Below, piece after piece: positions 11,600-23,978 of a DNA stretch of 64,000 nucleotides. The stretch is taken from positions 86,552,001 through 86,616,000 of the forward strand of contig NW_026262690.1 of assembly GCF_021869535.1 (NCBI RefSeq). The letters run 5' to 3'. The translations under genes and the position numbers were made by a program. The notes beneath the pieces were generated by a model. It had not been told where the DNA came from. It ran no database searches and saw only the letters and a program-made list of their open reading frames with translations. How positions within the stretch are numbered: the stretch's first letter is position 1; every line of letters starts with the position of its first letter. Source of the DNA: Mytilus californianus. Lineage: Eukaryota.

Positions 11600-13743
11600 A
11601 GGTCACTGCATTCGGGAAAATATCGCCGAATAAGCGTGCGGGAAGACAATAATTCAATAACAGTACATTTATGTAGATGTTGATAATATAAAGGATTTTC
11701 TTTTAGAAGAAAGTTCACGTACACTTGTTTTATAGTAAAACTTAGCAATTCAAGTATAAAAAAACATATTCAACTTTTTTTTTCAATTTGAAGTTTCATA
11801 TGACTTTAAAGATAGGATGCATCTTTTTGATTAAAGACAAATAGTCACAAATCTTCTGATTTTTGGTAGGTGCTTATATTCTTTTTATTTTTAAGATGCA
11901 AATTTATAATTTTACTTGTATGTCCTGGTACCTGCCTTACATTCATTCTGATTTAGTTGATTGCGCTTGTTTATTTTTTTTATGATAAATCCAAACAAAT
12001 TGTGATATGCCAGTTTGATTTTATGATCAAACAATAATAAGTAAAATGGTAGTGTTCGGATGTTCAGTTCAAATCATACATGTGACCGACAAATATTGAA
12101 GTGGAAATAAAAAAATCACATGAGTTACAATTGTAGTATTTACAAATGGGTCAACAGGGAAAGCATATTCTGCTACTCATGCACCAAACGTCACATGATT
12201 TAAAAGTATCATCCAGTGGGGAGTGTCAAAGCAAGTAACATGTCAAAACCGGTAACCATGTCAGACTAACAGTATGGACATGTTCTATTAATGACATAGT
12301 TAAAATATAATGAGTGAATTTAGATATCGCGATAATATCACGATCAATCAATTCGTTATGGCGACTGTAGAACCTGTGAAATTTTACTTTCTTTTTTTTT
12401 TTTTCTCTTCATTCCATTTTTTTAGCTGCTAAACAAATTGAAAGAAAAAAATGTCTAAAAAAACAAACCATTAGAAAACAGAGAGTTCCTCAAGCAACAC
12501 TTGTAATAAAACTTTGAGTCGGCTTGACACCGTTCATTCCATTGTTTGGGTTACCATCCTAGCAGACCTGTAGATGCAATGTAAAACACAGCTTCACAAC
12601 TAAAGTGTTTTTTTTAATGATTTGTTTTTCAGTAAACGTATCTATCAAGAAAGCCCGGTTTAGGTAAAATCTTTGTCTGAAGTATAATTCAATTGTAACC
12701 ACGTCAGTCCAATGCATGCCTCAGTTTGTTGCGAGTACCAAGATAAACTCGGAAGTCATGGAAGGGTATTCAATGTCTACATTAGCCAATTGACCTTGAT
12801 AGTTTCATAATAAACCCTTTTACACCGAAGCAAACTTTCAATCTAAGGGTGATACAGTTGTCATGTTATATTACATAGTGAATTAGAGCAGCAGTATTCA
12901 AACATATCTGTAAAACGTAGTTGATTTAAAAAGTTGAGACAAAAGAGCAAACAGAGGGCTTTATTGTTTCCAAAAAGTTGGAATTTGTTTTATCTCATTC
13001 AACTCAAATAATCATTTTCTTAGATTTAGATAATTGATAAATCATAATTTTCTCTTTAATGATATAGGTTATTCATATGCTAGTGTCATACATTTTTCTG
13101 TTTCTGTTCATTTATATATCCGATTTAGTATCAAACAGCATGTTCCTCTTAGCAACTGGTGTCCACGAAAACGGTATTTATTTGCTTTAATAAACACACT
13201 ATAAATTTGTGTATTAAAACAGCTTCATGTTTAATTTGTTTTTGATTTTTTTCTAATTTACTATCAGCATTCAGCAAAGTAAATTTTCTTTATATATCGG
13301 GTAAGACGCTTCTAATGATGTTTCCTCGAGAAATAATGCAAATGAGTTAATATGTTGCATGTTAATTCAAATAACATAGTTTAACAGATGTAAAAAATGT
13401 ATGATTGTGTTTTCGAAATGATATTTAATCAGTCTAGTTTGACGCAAACAAACTGCTAATTTTGCTACCTTTTTTCTAAGACGACCTACGTTTCTACAAT
13501 TTTCGCTTCCCATGTTCTTTCTGCATAATAAGTGGAAATTGTTACAAGCTAACAATTTTAAATGTAATTAGGGTTCTGTTTGATGGTCAGTTTTTTTCCC
13601 ACAGTATTGTGTGTAATGTTTGTCCTGGCACGTGCCTCACAGCACACGATTAGGTTTTGGCTGGTGTATATTCTTGTTAGATAAAGGCAACAGTAGTATA
13701 CCGCTGTTCAATAGTCATAAATCGATTAAGCGAAAACAAATCG

Positions 13744-14457
13744 GGGTCACCAACCAAAACCGAGGGAAACACATCAACTATAAGAGGAAAACAACGGAAC
13801 AGCAGAAACACTGAACTGCAACAAAAACAAACGCCAATACTATTTACGTTCTATTTCTTTTACTGAATTTCTGTGTCATATGGTCTCTTGTGGAGAGTTG
13901 TCTCATTGGCAATCATACCACAATTTCTTATTTTTATAATAATATAATTCAATAAAATTGTGATGGAGAATTCGATTTTATAAAGCAATGATAAGTTGCA
14001 AATGTGGTATTAAGATGTGCAGTACACGTCTCTTTTGTATTAGCCAAAGAAGAAAAGAAGTGAAAATAAAAGGAAACCCGTGAACTGAATTGCCAAAACT
14101 GGGTCACCAACCAAAACCGAGGGAAACACTTAAACTATAAGAGGAAAACAACGGAACAGCGGAAACACTGAACTGCAACAAAAACAAACGCCAATACTAT
14201 TTACGTTCTATTTCTTTTACTGAATTTCTGTGTCATATGGTCTCTTGTGGAGAGTTGTCTCATTGGCAATCATACCACAATTTCTTATTTTTATAATAAT
14301 ATAATTCAATAAAATTGTGATGGAGAATTCGATTTTATAAAGCAATGATAAGTTGCAAATGTGGTATTAAGATGTGCAGTACACGTCTCTTTTGTATTAG
14401 CCAAAGAAGAAAAGAAGTGAAAATAAAAGGAAACCCGTGAACTGAATTGCAATTGTG
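13744..14457. repeat. 357-bp tandem duplication within the first unit
   Basis: gggtcaccaaccaaaaccgaggga at 13744 and 14101; single copy in the 18.5-kb paralog. Confidence 0.85.
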
Positions 14458-14647
14458 CAGTGAACAAGTGTATCAACAGGGTAAGTGTATTCTGCATATA
14501 TGCTTCACTTTCCAAGGTCTTATCCAGTAGTAAGTGTCACAGCAAGTAACATGTCAAAACCGGTAACAGTTTCTCCTTTTTCTCCTTATTGCACTTTCAA
14601 AAATGACGAACATCAAATTAAGATTTTTTAGTACTAAAATTCTGTTA

Positions 14648-14750
14648 TATAGATACAATGGATAAGCGTTGATTCTTGAAAAAGAAACCATGAGCCCGAA
14701 GGGCGAATGGTTTGTTTTTCATGAATCAACGCTTATCCATTGTATCTATA
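14648..14750. mobile_element. Palindromic MITE-like element with central GCCC-GAA-GGGC mini-hairpin
   Basis: tatagatacaatggataagcgttgattc...gaatcaacgcttatccattgtatctata; centre at 14694-14704. Confidence 0.7.
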
Positions 14751-15382
14751 ACTTAAACTATTGTGTTAATGTCTTTTCAAAATTAAAGCCTTTTTTTTAA
14801 TTAGAAGGTATTGTAAGTGAGTTTCAATAACCATGTTATCGTGTCCAACGATGCATTAATAAATCTAAGATCACAATTAATTGGTTAATAAAATACAAAT
14901 ATAACACAATACGTATGCCTTTAAAGATCTTTATATTATCAGGCATCTGAATATTATCTGTTTTCACAAAATAAGACATATTCGAACTTATTTCTAATAA
15001 AATTGAGAATGGAAATGAGGAATGTGTCAAATAGACAACAACTCGACCAAAGAGCACATATAAAGTATATATAATAGGTATGTTACAGAAATTTCTAGCA
15101 AAAAGCCTAATTCTAGGCACATCACGATTTTCTCGCATAGGAATTTGCGAATAAACATTTGTAGAATTATGTAGTAAAACAGCGGAAATCATACTATATT
15201 TATAAAACATAAATGGACAAATAGAATGTAATCATTTTCGTTTCAAATATGTGAAATAGCCAATAATAATCCAAATATAAACGGTAAAATTCGCTATTAT
15301 TACAAAAATATCCACAATAACATACAAAACAAGAAGAAAAAAAAACCCAGGAATTCTCCAGATTAGGGACAACAAAGAGAAT

Positions 15383-15458
15383 ACAGGGATTCGAACCTAA
15401 ACCGACAAGTCCCTACCTTTAACTCATTGATCTTAACCACGCTAACCTCGCGGCTAGC
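15383..15458 (-). mobile_element. Degenerate tRNA-derived SINE head
   Basis: Minus strand has A-box-like TAGCGTGGTTAAG and B-box GGTTCGAATCC; no convincing cloverleaf. Confidence 0.45.
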
Positions 15459-15594
15459 AACTTATACTATACGATTGCCTATTATGTATATATAAAGGTA
15501 CAAGACCTGTGTGTCCGTTGTACCGATGTATAGCATATGTTCATTTATATATATATATATATATATATAAAATAGACATTGAAATTATAACCCA

Positions 15595-15678
15595 TTGGTA
15601 GCCGAGAGGTTTCGTCGTTATGTTGATGTCAGTCACACATAACAGATTTTAAGGACGGGTTCGATTCCCAGTGAAGGC
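15595..15678 (+). mobile_element. Degenerate tRNA-derived SINE head
   Basis: A-box-like TAGCCGAGAGG and B-box GGGTTCGATTCCC. Confidence 0.4.
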
Positions 15679-16504
15679 ATAGAGAAATTGCAAATATTAA
15701 AGGTAAGTTTTTAAATTAATTCCATTAGTGAACAGAAATCAGTAAATTAGCCAATTCAAACTTAATGAAATTAGGCACACAAAGGAAACAATTGAATATA
15801 ATTTGGTGAGTCCATTTCAGCGACAGATTTAGGAAGCGTTGATTCTAGAAAAAGAATCCACGGTAAATGAATAGGCTGACGTCAGGACAATGGTTTAATA
15901 TTTGAGAATCGTTTTGTAGTATATGTATTCCGTTAATAAAAATCTATGATTGCATATATTAAGTATCTTTGTTATACAAACAGACGTTTTGAAAGATATT
16001 TTTCTCTGCAAAAACCGTGTTACTTTTTAAAGGACATACCACCGAATTAGCGACATGGAGACATAAATAGTATACATATTCCAATTAAAGATCATGACCT
16101 GAAAAGATCACCGAGAAAACGATACTGTTACGAAATGTTGTCCGTATTCGTTGACAGACATTTTACGACAGTCATTGTTTTGTAGCGACATCACAAAGTA
16201 CAACTTCATTTGTTCCTAACGCGACAACGGTTTTCAAAAATACAAATTTCTCTGTAAATGTTATACTTATGGTAAACTAAACGACCAATTTAAAAGGTCG
16301 ACAATATATCAATAGTGAAATACATGAGAGTACAGAAAAGACAGACATTCAAAGTCTGATTCATAACCTTGAGGAGGCACAATTTATTTTGTTTAGTTCA
16401 ATGGTTTCGTGTAATCAATATTTATTTGAAAACTCATCAGAAAATTCATAAGGAGCAAGGCTCGAATTCAATCTTAATTGACTAGGATCGTCAATTTTCC
16501 TACC

Positions 16505-16615
16505 GTAGGTCAGTGGTTTTCTCCGGGCACTCCGTCTTCCTCCGCCAATAAAAACTGACCGCCACGAAATAGCACAATAGTGTTGAAAGTGGCGTTAAAC
16601 ACAAATCAATCAAAC
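16505..16615 (+). mobile_element. 5'-truncated SINE body/tail (V-domain-like)
   Basis: ggtcagtggttttctccgggcactccg.cttcctcc.ccaataaaaactgaccgccacg...gaaagtggcgttaaacac with a (aatc)n tail; recognised from bivalve SINE consensus. Confidence 0.6.
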
Positions 16616-19600
16616 TATCATAAGGAGCAAGACAAAAGAAACTGCTAAAAAAATCATGGATCATACAAGACGATTATAATTACATTAAACTCTTGGTCAT
16701 TTTGAAAGAGCCTTTAATGAATTGTCAGTGAAATATCTTATTTATTTAACCACGACATATTACGTGGCAATAAATATGTATGACCAATTTTAACTCGTTT
16801 AGTCAATGGATAAAAGTTGGCATTTGATATGCATTGAGTCGGCTAGAATCCTTGTCGATTTGGGCAGGTTACAACGTGAACTTATCTGATAAATATGATC
16901 ATTCAACGGCATATTCATGAAAAGAAAAAAATACTCGGATTCTGCTACTCATGCACCAAACGTCACATGATTTAAAAGTCTCATCCAGTGGGGAGTGTCA
17001 AAGCAAGTAACATGTCAAAACCGGTAACCATGTCAGACTAACATTATGGACATGTTCTATCAATGACATAGTTAAAATATCATGAGTGAATTTAGATATC
17101 GTGATAATATCACGATCAATCAATTCGTTATGGCGACCATAGAACCTGTGAAAATTTACTTTCGTTTTTTTTTTTTTGTTTCTTTTCATTTCATTTATTC
17201 AGCTGCTAAACAAATTGAAAGAAAAAAAAATGTCTTTAAAAAAACAAAGCATTAGAAGTCTAAGAGTTCCTCAAGCAACACTTGTAATAAGAATTTGAGT
17301 CTGCTTGTCACCCTTCATTCCATTGTTTGGGTTACCATCCTAGCAGACCTGTTGATGCAATGTAAAACACAGCTTCACAACTAAAGTGTTTTTTTTTAAT
17401 GTTTTGTTTTCAGTAAACGTATCTATCGAGAAAGCCCGGTTTAAGTAAAAAAAAATTCTCAAGTATAATTTTTTTGCAACCACGTCAGTCCAATGCATGC
17501 CTCAGTTTGTTGCGAGTACCAAGATAAACTCGGAAGTCATGGAAGGGTATTCAATGTCTACATTAGCCAATTGACCTTGATAGTTTCATAATAAACCCTT
17601 TTACACCGAAGCAAACGTGCAATCTAAGGGTGATACAGTTGTCATGTTATATTACATAGTGAATTAGAGCAGCAGTATTCAAACATATCTGTAAAACGTA
17701 GTTGATTTAAAAAGTTGAGACAAAAGAGCAAACAGAGGGCTTTATTGTTTCCAAAAAGTTGGAATTTGTTTTATCTCATTCAACTCAAATAATCATTTTC
17801 TTAGATTTAGATAATTGATAAATCATAATTTTCTCTTTAATGATATAGGTTATTCATATGCTAGTGTCATACATTTTTCTGTTTCTGTTCATTTAAATAT
17901 CCGATTTAGTATCAAACAGCATGTTCCTCTTAGCAACTGGTGTCCACGAAAACGGTATTTATTTGCTTTAATAAACACACTATAAATTTGTGTATTAAAA
18001 CAGCTTCATGTTTAATTTGTTTTTGATTTTTTTCTAATTTACTATCAGCATTCAGCAAAGTAAATTTTCTTTATATATCGGGTAAGACGCTTCTAATGAT
18101 GTTTCCTCGAGAAATAATGCAAATGAGTTAATATGTTGCATGTTAATTCAAATAACATAGTTTAACAGATGTAAAAAATGTATGATTGTGTTTTCGAAAT
18201 GATATTTAATCAGTCTAGTTTGACGCAAACAAACTGCTAATTTTGCTACCTTTTTTCTAAGACGACCTACGTTTCTACAATTTTCGCTTCCCATGTTCTT
18301 TCTGAATAATAAGTGGAAATTGTTACAAGCTAACAATTTTAAATATAATTAGGGTTCTGTTTGATGGTCAGTTTTTTTTTCCACAGTATTGTGTGTAATG
18401 TTTGTCCTGGCACGTGCCTCACAGCACACGATTAGGTTTTGGGCTGGTGTATATTCTTGTTAGATAAAGGCAACAGTAGTATACCGCTGTTCAATAGTCA
18501 TATATCGATTAAGCGAAAACAAATCGGGGTCACCAACCAAAACCGAGGGAAACACATCAACTATAAGAGGAAAACAACGGAACAGCAAAAACACTGAACT
18601 GTAACAGAATCAAACGCCAATATTATTTAGGTTCTATTTCTTTTACTGAATTTCTGTGTCATTTGGTCTCTTTTGGAGAGATGTCTCATTGGCAATCATA
18701 CCACATCTTCTTCTTTCCATAATAATATAATTTAATAAAATTGTGATGGAGAATTCGATTTTATAAAGCAATGATAAGTTGCAAATGTGGTATTAGGATG
18801 TGCAGTACATGTTTCTTTTGTATTAGCCAAAGAAGTAGCGTGAAAATAAAAGGAAACCCATGAACTGAACTGCAATCATGCAATGAACAAGTGTATCAAC
18901 AGGGTAAGTGTATTCTGCATATTTGCTTCACTTTTTAAGGTCTTATCCAGTAGTAAGTGTCAAATCAAGTAACATGTCAAAACCGGTAAATATGTCAGAC
19001 TGACATAATGGACATGTGCGATCTATCAAAGAATTAAAATGGCTTAGGTGAATTGGGATATTGAGAAAATACTTTGATCAATCAATTCATTAGGGCAACT
19101 GAAAAACCTGTAAAATGATACGTTAACTTTTTCGAAACATTTTTTCAGCTGCTGAATGAAATGGGGGGAAAAACCGTAGAAAATACAAACCATGGGAGGA
19201 ATAAAATGTTCCTCAAGCAGTTCTTGTATTGAAAGTTAACATCATGAATTGCATTTTTAGACGCTCAGTATCCTAGCAGGCCTGCAGTAGCAATACAAAA
19301 TACAGTTAAACAACTGAAGGAACCGTGTCCATTTAAATAAAAAGAAATCCCGGCTTTAGTGACAACTTTGTCTGAAGTATAATGTAATTGTAATTTTACA
19401 AATCACGTCAGTCACTAGCATGCCTCACTTTCTGATAATATAGGGTAAAATAAAAGAGCAGATATCAAATTAAATATCGAGTACCTCATTGAAACCCAAC
19501 ATTAAGGCGGATGTCACAGAAGAGTATTTAATTTCTACATAAATCAACTCATTTATCTCGATAGTATCATAATATGCCCCTTTGCACTGAACCTAAACTA

Positions 19601-19859
19601 TCAATTGCATGGTAATACATTTGAAGTGTTATATTGCAAGTGAATTGGAGCTGTAGAAATGTGCAACTGCAAACCATACCGGGACAAAAAGTAGTTTTTT
19701 GCCAACAAAATGGACTTTGTTTTATTTCATCTAACACTTATAATCATGTTCTTAGATATGAAAATTTAGATAAATCAGACAGTTATTTTATATACAGTTA
19801 AATGATTTAAATAAATCATGTCAGTGTCACGTGTTTCGGTACCTGTACATTATTGGTTT

Positions 19860-20560
19860 TCAAGTATTTGACGCTGAGCGTTCCTGGTGACGGTAAATCC
19901 AGACAAGCGTCTTGGACGCATAAAATTTATTAACAAATATCATACACGTGGGAGGTTTAATTAGCTTTAAAACCAGGTTAAACTCACTATTTTTTTTTCG
20001 GAAAATTCCTGTACCAAGTCAGGAATATAACAGTTGTATTTTTTTTCACTCGTTCCTTTGGTTGACAACGTTTGATTTTGTCAGGTTTTATGGACTGTCC
20101 CCTTTTACCTTGGAGTTCGGTATTTTTGTTATACTTTTTTTATAAAGTGTTATTTTCTTTTAGTTTGAAAAATTAGAGATTGAAATCAAGTTGAATAGCT
20201 TTCGAAGACTTGTATTTCAATTTCACGGAAAAAGTATTTTTCTAAAATTCCCCGTTCATAAATTTACAAATTATTAAGAAACTAAGACTCCAACTACATC
20301 AGGCAAAGTTGACCTTAGAGTTACTATTCTAGTAATATCCCTTTTTACTTTTCAGTATTTATACATCCCTTGCTTTCAAATTTTTGCTTTGACGATTTCT
20401 GGTGAAGGTTAATCTAGAAAAGCGCGTCGGACGCACGAAATTTATAAACTGTTATTTACTTTTACTAGCACTGGGTCGAGGGTATCGTCAGTTCAGTAGT
20501 CAGTAATTCGGTACTAGCATGATTTATAACATACTTTTTAAAAATTCCCAGTTGATCAAT
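19860..20560 (+). mobile_element. Two decayed hammerhead-bearing PLE terminal-repeat fragments
   Basis: gagcgttc-ctggtga-cggtaaatcca-gaca-agcgtct at ~19875 and ctggtga-aggttaatcta-gaaa-agcgcg-tc-ggacgc at ~20398. Antisense core remnant gagggtatcgtcag at ~20477. Confidence 0.5.
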
Positions 20561-20699
20561 CAAGAAATTATAGAAATCACCCTATCATTATTTTACATCA
20601 TTACAAGTTTTTAAGCTTGGTATCCATGATGAGTTTATTTAAAGTATACTTTATTTTGAAATTAAGCCCAAAATCTTCAAATTTTCTCTAATTCCTAAA

Positions 20700-20826
20700 A
20701 GCCGATCGCTTAGCGGAGAAGCAGCAATTACCGATTTTAGAGTCTTTTTGTTTGAACCGGCCGGGTTCAAACCCGCGACCTCCACACTCGAGGAGAACAC
20801 GCTACCACAAGACCACCGAGGCTGTC
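20700..20826 (-). mobile_element. tRNA-derived SINE, 5' part (MetaSINE-like)
   Basis: Minus strand: A box ggtcttgtggtag, B box gggtttgaaccc, then caaaaagact.taaaat.ggta.ttgctgcttctccgctaagc. Confidence 0.65.
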
Positions 20827-21289
20827 ATAAAAATTGACAAATCACACATGAAAAAAGATAATCTTACCAAAGCATAAAAGTGTACAGAAATAGTATCCCG
20901 AACAAACAGCATTCTAAAGATTGTGTAATTAAAAAGTGGGCATAAAAGTTCCCATAAGTTCAGAAAAATTGTCAAATTAAAGCAGGCCATATACTGTATA
21001 GAACTGTTAACTGACACATGATGTTATACAATCATAAGAAATGTTACAATTTTGGAGCAAACAGTTACTGAAGAGTATTGTTTACACAATGCAACATACA
21101 AATAATCTAATATTTCCATAATGTTACTCTTTACATAATTATAAATTCAAAAAAAGCAAAGCTGATAAAACTGAAACTGAAAACTTATTTGAAGCGCCCT
21201 TGTAGTATAATTGCACTTAATGCTTAATTATCTATAAACAAAATGATAATGAAGATTTCAAAGAAAGATAAGTGAAACTTTCAGTATAT

Positions 21290-22880
21290 TATTAAAATAT
21301 TTATTCAAGAAGCAATGTCATTTCAAGGAAATGGGGATACTTATAATAAAGTTCGCGAACTATTTTGGATAAAACACTTCAAACAGCTTATCCTCTCGGT
21401 CTCATTGACAAAATATTGGGACAGGGGAACATATCTAAAACTTCTATCGATGTCATTAATATTGTCGATAAACGTCTTAGAAATGATAGGTCTCATGGTA
21501 AACGTAAAAACCGTAATCTACGTATTAAACATCGTATAAATTATACACTTGCTGATCTGTTATCTATAATAAAAAAATAGTGGTAGACATCAATTATTAT
21601 GCAAATTTGGTCATATACCATTAAGTTAATTATATGATATTTTTCTGGCGTGTGATAAAGTTTCATTTTTTAGCCCGTTGTATCAATACACCCGTATTAT
21701 TACAGCCTTTTGTCATCACAGGCTGTTTCCTAGTATCGATAAACCTGAAAATCATAAACGGCATTTTCTTAAATTAAAATATATAAATAGAGGTACCGGT
21801 ATTGATTTTATTAACTTATCTAGTATATTCAATGACTCTATCATCCATAGCCAAATACCTCCGTATTTTGATAATACAGAACCACCTATTATTTCGTATT
21901 CGTACAAAAAACTCAGCAGAAGTTTGATTTTTAATTATACGTCAGTAAGATCAGACGTCAATGTAGAAAATAATGCTCCTTCCACTTGAGACTGTGAAAC
22001 ATCTAGTTTTAGATATGTTCCCTATGGTCATGTCATTACAGGAGACCTCAACATCGTTGAAGATCGTGAGGTCAAAACTTTTCTTAAGAAAGGACCTACA
22101 TATCGTCCTCCATCTATTATAGATTGGAAGCAGTGTCGTCAGGTCATTAAAGACGCTCTGTCTGGCTACTGTAAAAATTGGTGTAAACGTGAAAAATCTG
22201 CTAAAAAATGTCTGGACAGTTATTTGAATTAAATTATGAATACTGTTGATATTCGTATATTTCATTTTGAAAACAATTCTGAAATTAATAATAGGGTTCA
22301 TGATATACCCATTTCTAGAATAAAAAATAAACTCCAAGTACTCGCAAAGCGGTTTGTGTTCGTACCGGCCGACAAAGAAGCAAATAATGTAGTGGTGGTG
22401 TGACGCATATACTACACGGAAGTTCTCCAAAACGAAATTATCAATTCTTCTACATTCAGGTCCGTACGCTCCATAGAGAGTCAAATTGTAAACAAGCATA
22501 TCACTGCCACTACCCAGCTTAAAGCCTTTTCCGAACATTTGAAAATCCCGACTATGTACTGGTTACCTAAATTACACAAACAACCATTTAAATTTAGTTT
22601 CATCTCCGCATCTAGTAAGTGTTCTACTACCAATCTGTCAGTGCTTCTAACTACCTCCCTTACTACTATCAAAGAACTTGTAATTAACTTTTGTAATAAA
22701 GCTTATGAAAATAATCGTATTATTTATTTTTGGAGTGTTAAAAATTCTTTAGAGGTTTAAGATAAAATTCGTGCTTTTGATGGTCCTTTTAATTCTGTTG
22801 ACAGTTATGATTTTTCTATTCTCTACACTACACTTCCACACAATCTTATCAAGAAAAAGTTTTCATATTTAATTAATAAC
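21290..22880 (+). mobile_element. Naiad-type Penelope-like element, 5' part: GIY-YIG C-terminus, CxC linker, RT N-terminal region (decayed; two candidate Sec codons)
   Basis: KVRELFWIK/TLQTAYPLGL.DKI (GIY-YIG end), RSHG, APST-[TGA]-DC...PYGHVITGDL, KKGP.YRP, FVPADKEANNVVVV-[TGA]-RIYY, YWLPKLHK.P, WSVKNS, YDFSILYTTLPH. One reading frame from 21678 to 22880 with two TGA and two TAA; frameshifts upstream. Confidence 0.88.
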
Positions 22881-22901
22881 ATAAACGGTACCAATTTTTC
22901 T

Positions 22902-22945
22902 GCACCAGATGCGCATTTCGCCAATCAATGTCTCTTCAGTGATGA
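22902..22945 (-). ncRNA. Minimal type I hammerhead ribozyme motif with palindromic stem III
   Basis: Minus strand: CATCA-CTGAAGA-GAC(ATTGATT)GGC-GAAA-TGCGCA-TC-TGGTG. Core intact; stem I CATCA/TGGTG; palindrome ATGCGCAT; one mismatch in stem II. Confidence 0.7.
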
Positions 22946-23978
22946 TCGAGGCCAAAATATTTGAAAATCCAAAGCTTATTAATATTGAAACATTATTTAT
23001 TTATTATTTCAGAAAATTGAGATAAAAAAGAAAAAAAACCAGAAATATAAAGGAGAAAATGTTTAGGGAAAGTTAATAATATCTAGTTACCATTTTTTCT
23101 ATTCAAACAATTAAATTTTGATTTAGACTGTAAATCTGTATCACCTTTTGATCCTGGTAATTAAATTAAAACAGTTAGATTTTAACACCTATATATATAG
23201 TAAGTAGCATCCTGTTATACTGTAAAGTCATAAAGATCAAACAGTTGAGTAATCAGTAGTTGTAATCCCTCCAATCAGGTAATTAACAACTGGACCATGC
23301 CTATACCACCTGTTGTTAAATACATTTGTAAACTCTGTGAGTTTGATAAACATCATTAGAAAGGTGCTGTGAATTTAAACATTGTAGTTTATTAGATTTT
23401 ATCACAGGCAAAACTCATGAACCCAAATGTACTAGTTATATAAATTTACAAAAAAAATATAAAATATTATATACTCCGAAACCTATATCTTTAATTTTTT
23501 TTTAACATCATAGTATCTAAAAGTAACTAATTTCACCAAATGTCATACTTCCCATGCATTTTCCAGTTTCTTTTTGGAGGTTGGCATTTTTGTAATAAAT
23601 GGTCTACTTTTTAATTTTTTTCTATCAGATGATCTTTTTTATTACATATTATAATTAATCAATCTAAATCAGTTATGTCATTGTATGAAGGCATGACATA
23701 AATTCAGTAGTATTATTTTATGTTGTTTTTTTTAGTGGAAAAGCAGAGTTAAAAGGGGAGGAGGGGTAACCTTATATAGTCTTAATGATCTAACTGAAAT
23801 GAAAAACAATTATGTGGATAAATAAACTTTATAAAAAGAAACAATAATATTATTATTATAATGTCCATGCTCCTTCACAGTGAATAACATTTTAAATCAA
23901 ACTATGCAATATATGCAAGAGATTGCTTTGTGAGACTTAGTATAAACAAGCATTCACCAAAATACTTTTCTTTTTCAG

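Larger units (their letters stand above)
12168..19830. repeat. Local array of ~2-kb units: 12168-14570 and 16940-18990 (recent copies) plus a diverged third copy ~18960-19830
   Basis: ORFs 13367-13555 and 18148-18336 are nearly identical (offset 4781). The third copy shares caagtaacatgtcaaaaccggtaa, gttcctcaagc, cctagcag.cctg, cacgtcagtc and gtgaatt.gagc.g.ag in the same order. Confidence 0.85.

Noticed and set aside
15383-15678. Functional tRNA genes
   Set aside because: A/B boxes are present but acceptor and anticodon stems do not pair; treated as SINE heads.
21951-22538. 195-aa minus-strand ORF
   Set aside because: Antisense shadow of the Naiad linker/RT frame; no recognisable motifs.
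22878-22892. ATAA|ACGGTACC as the Kolobok left terminus
   Set aside because: Only loosely resembles TTAA|AGAGGTACT. The sequence inside is the hammerhead repeat, and RT codons are missing at this point, so it is not a clean TSD junction.
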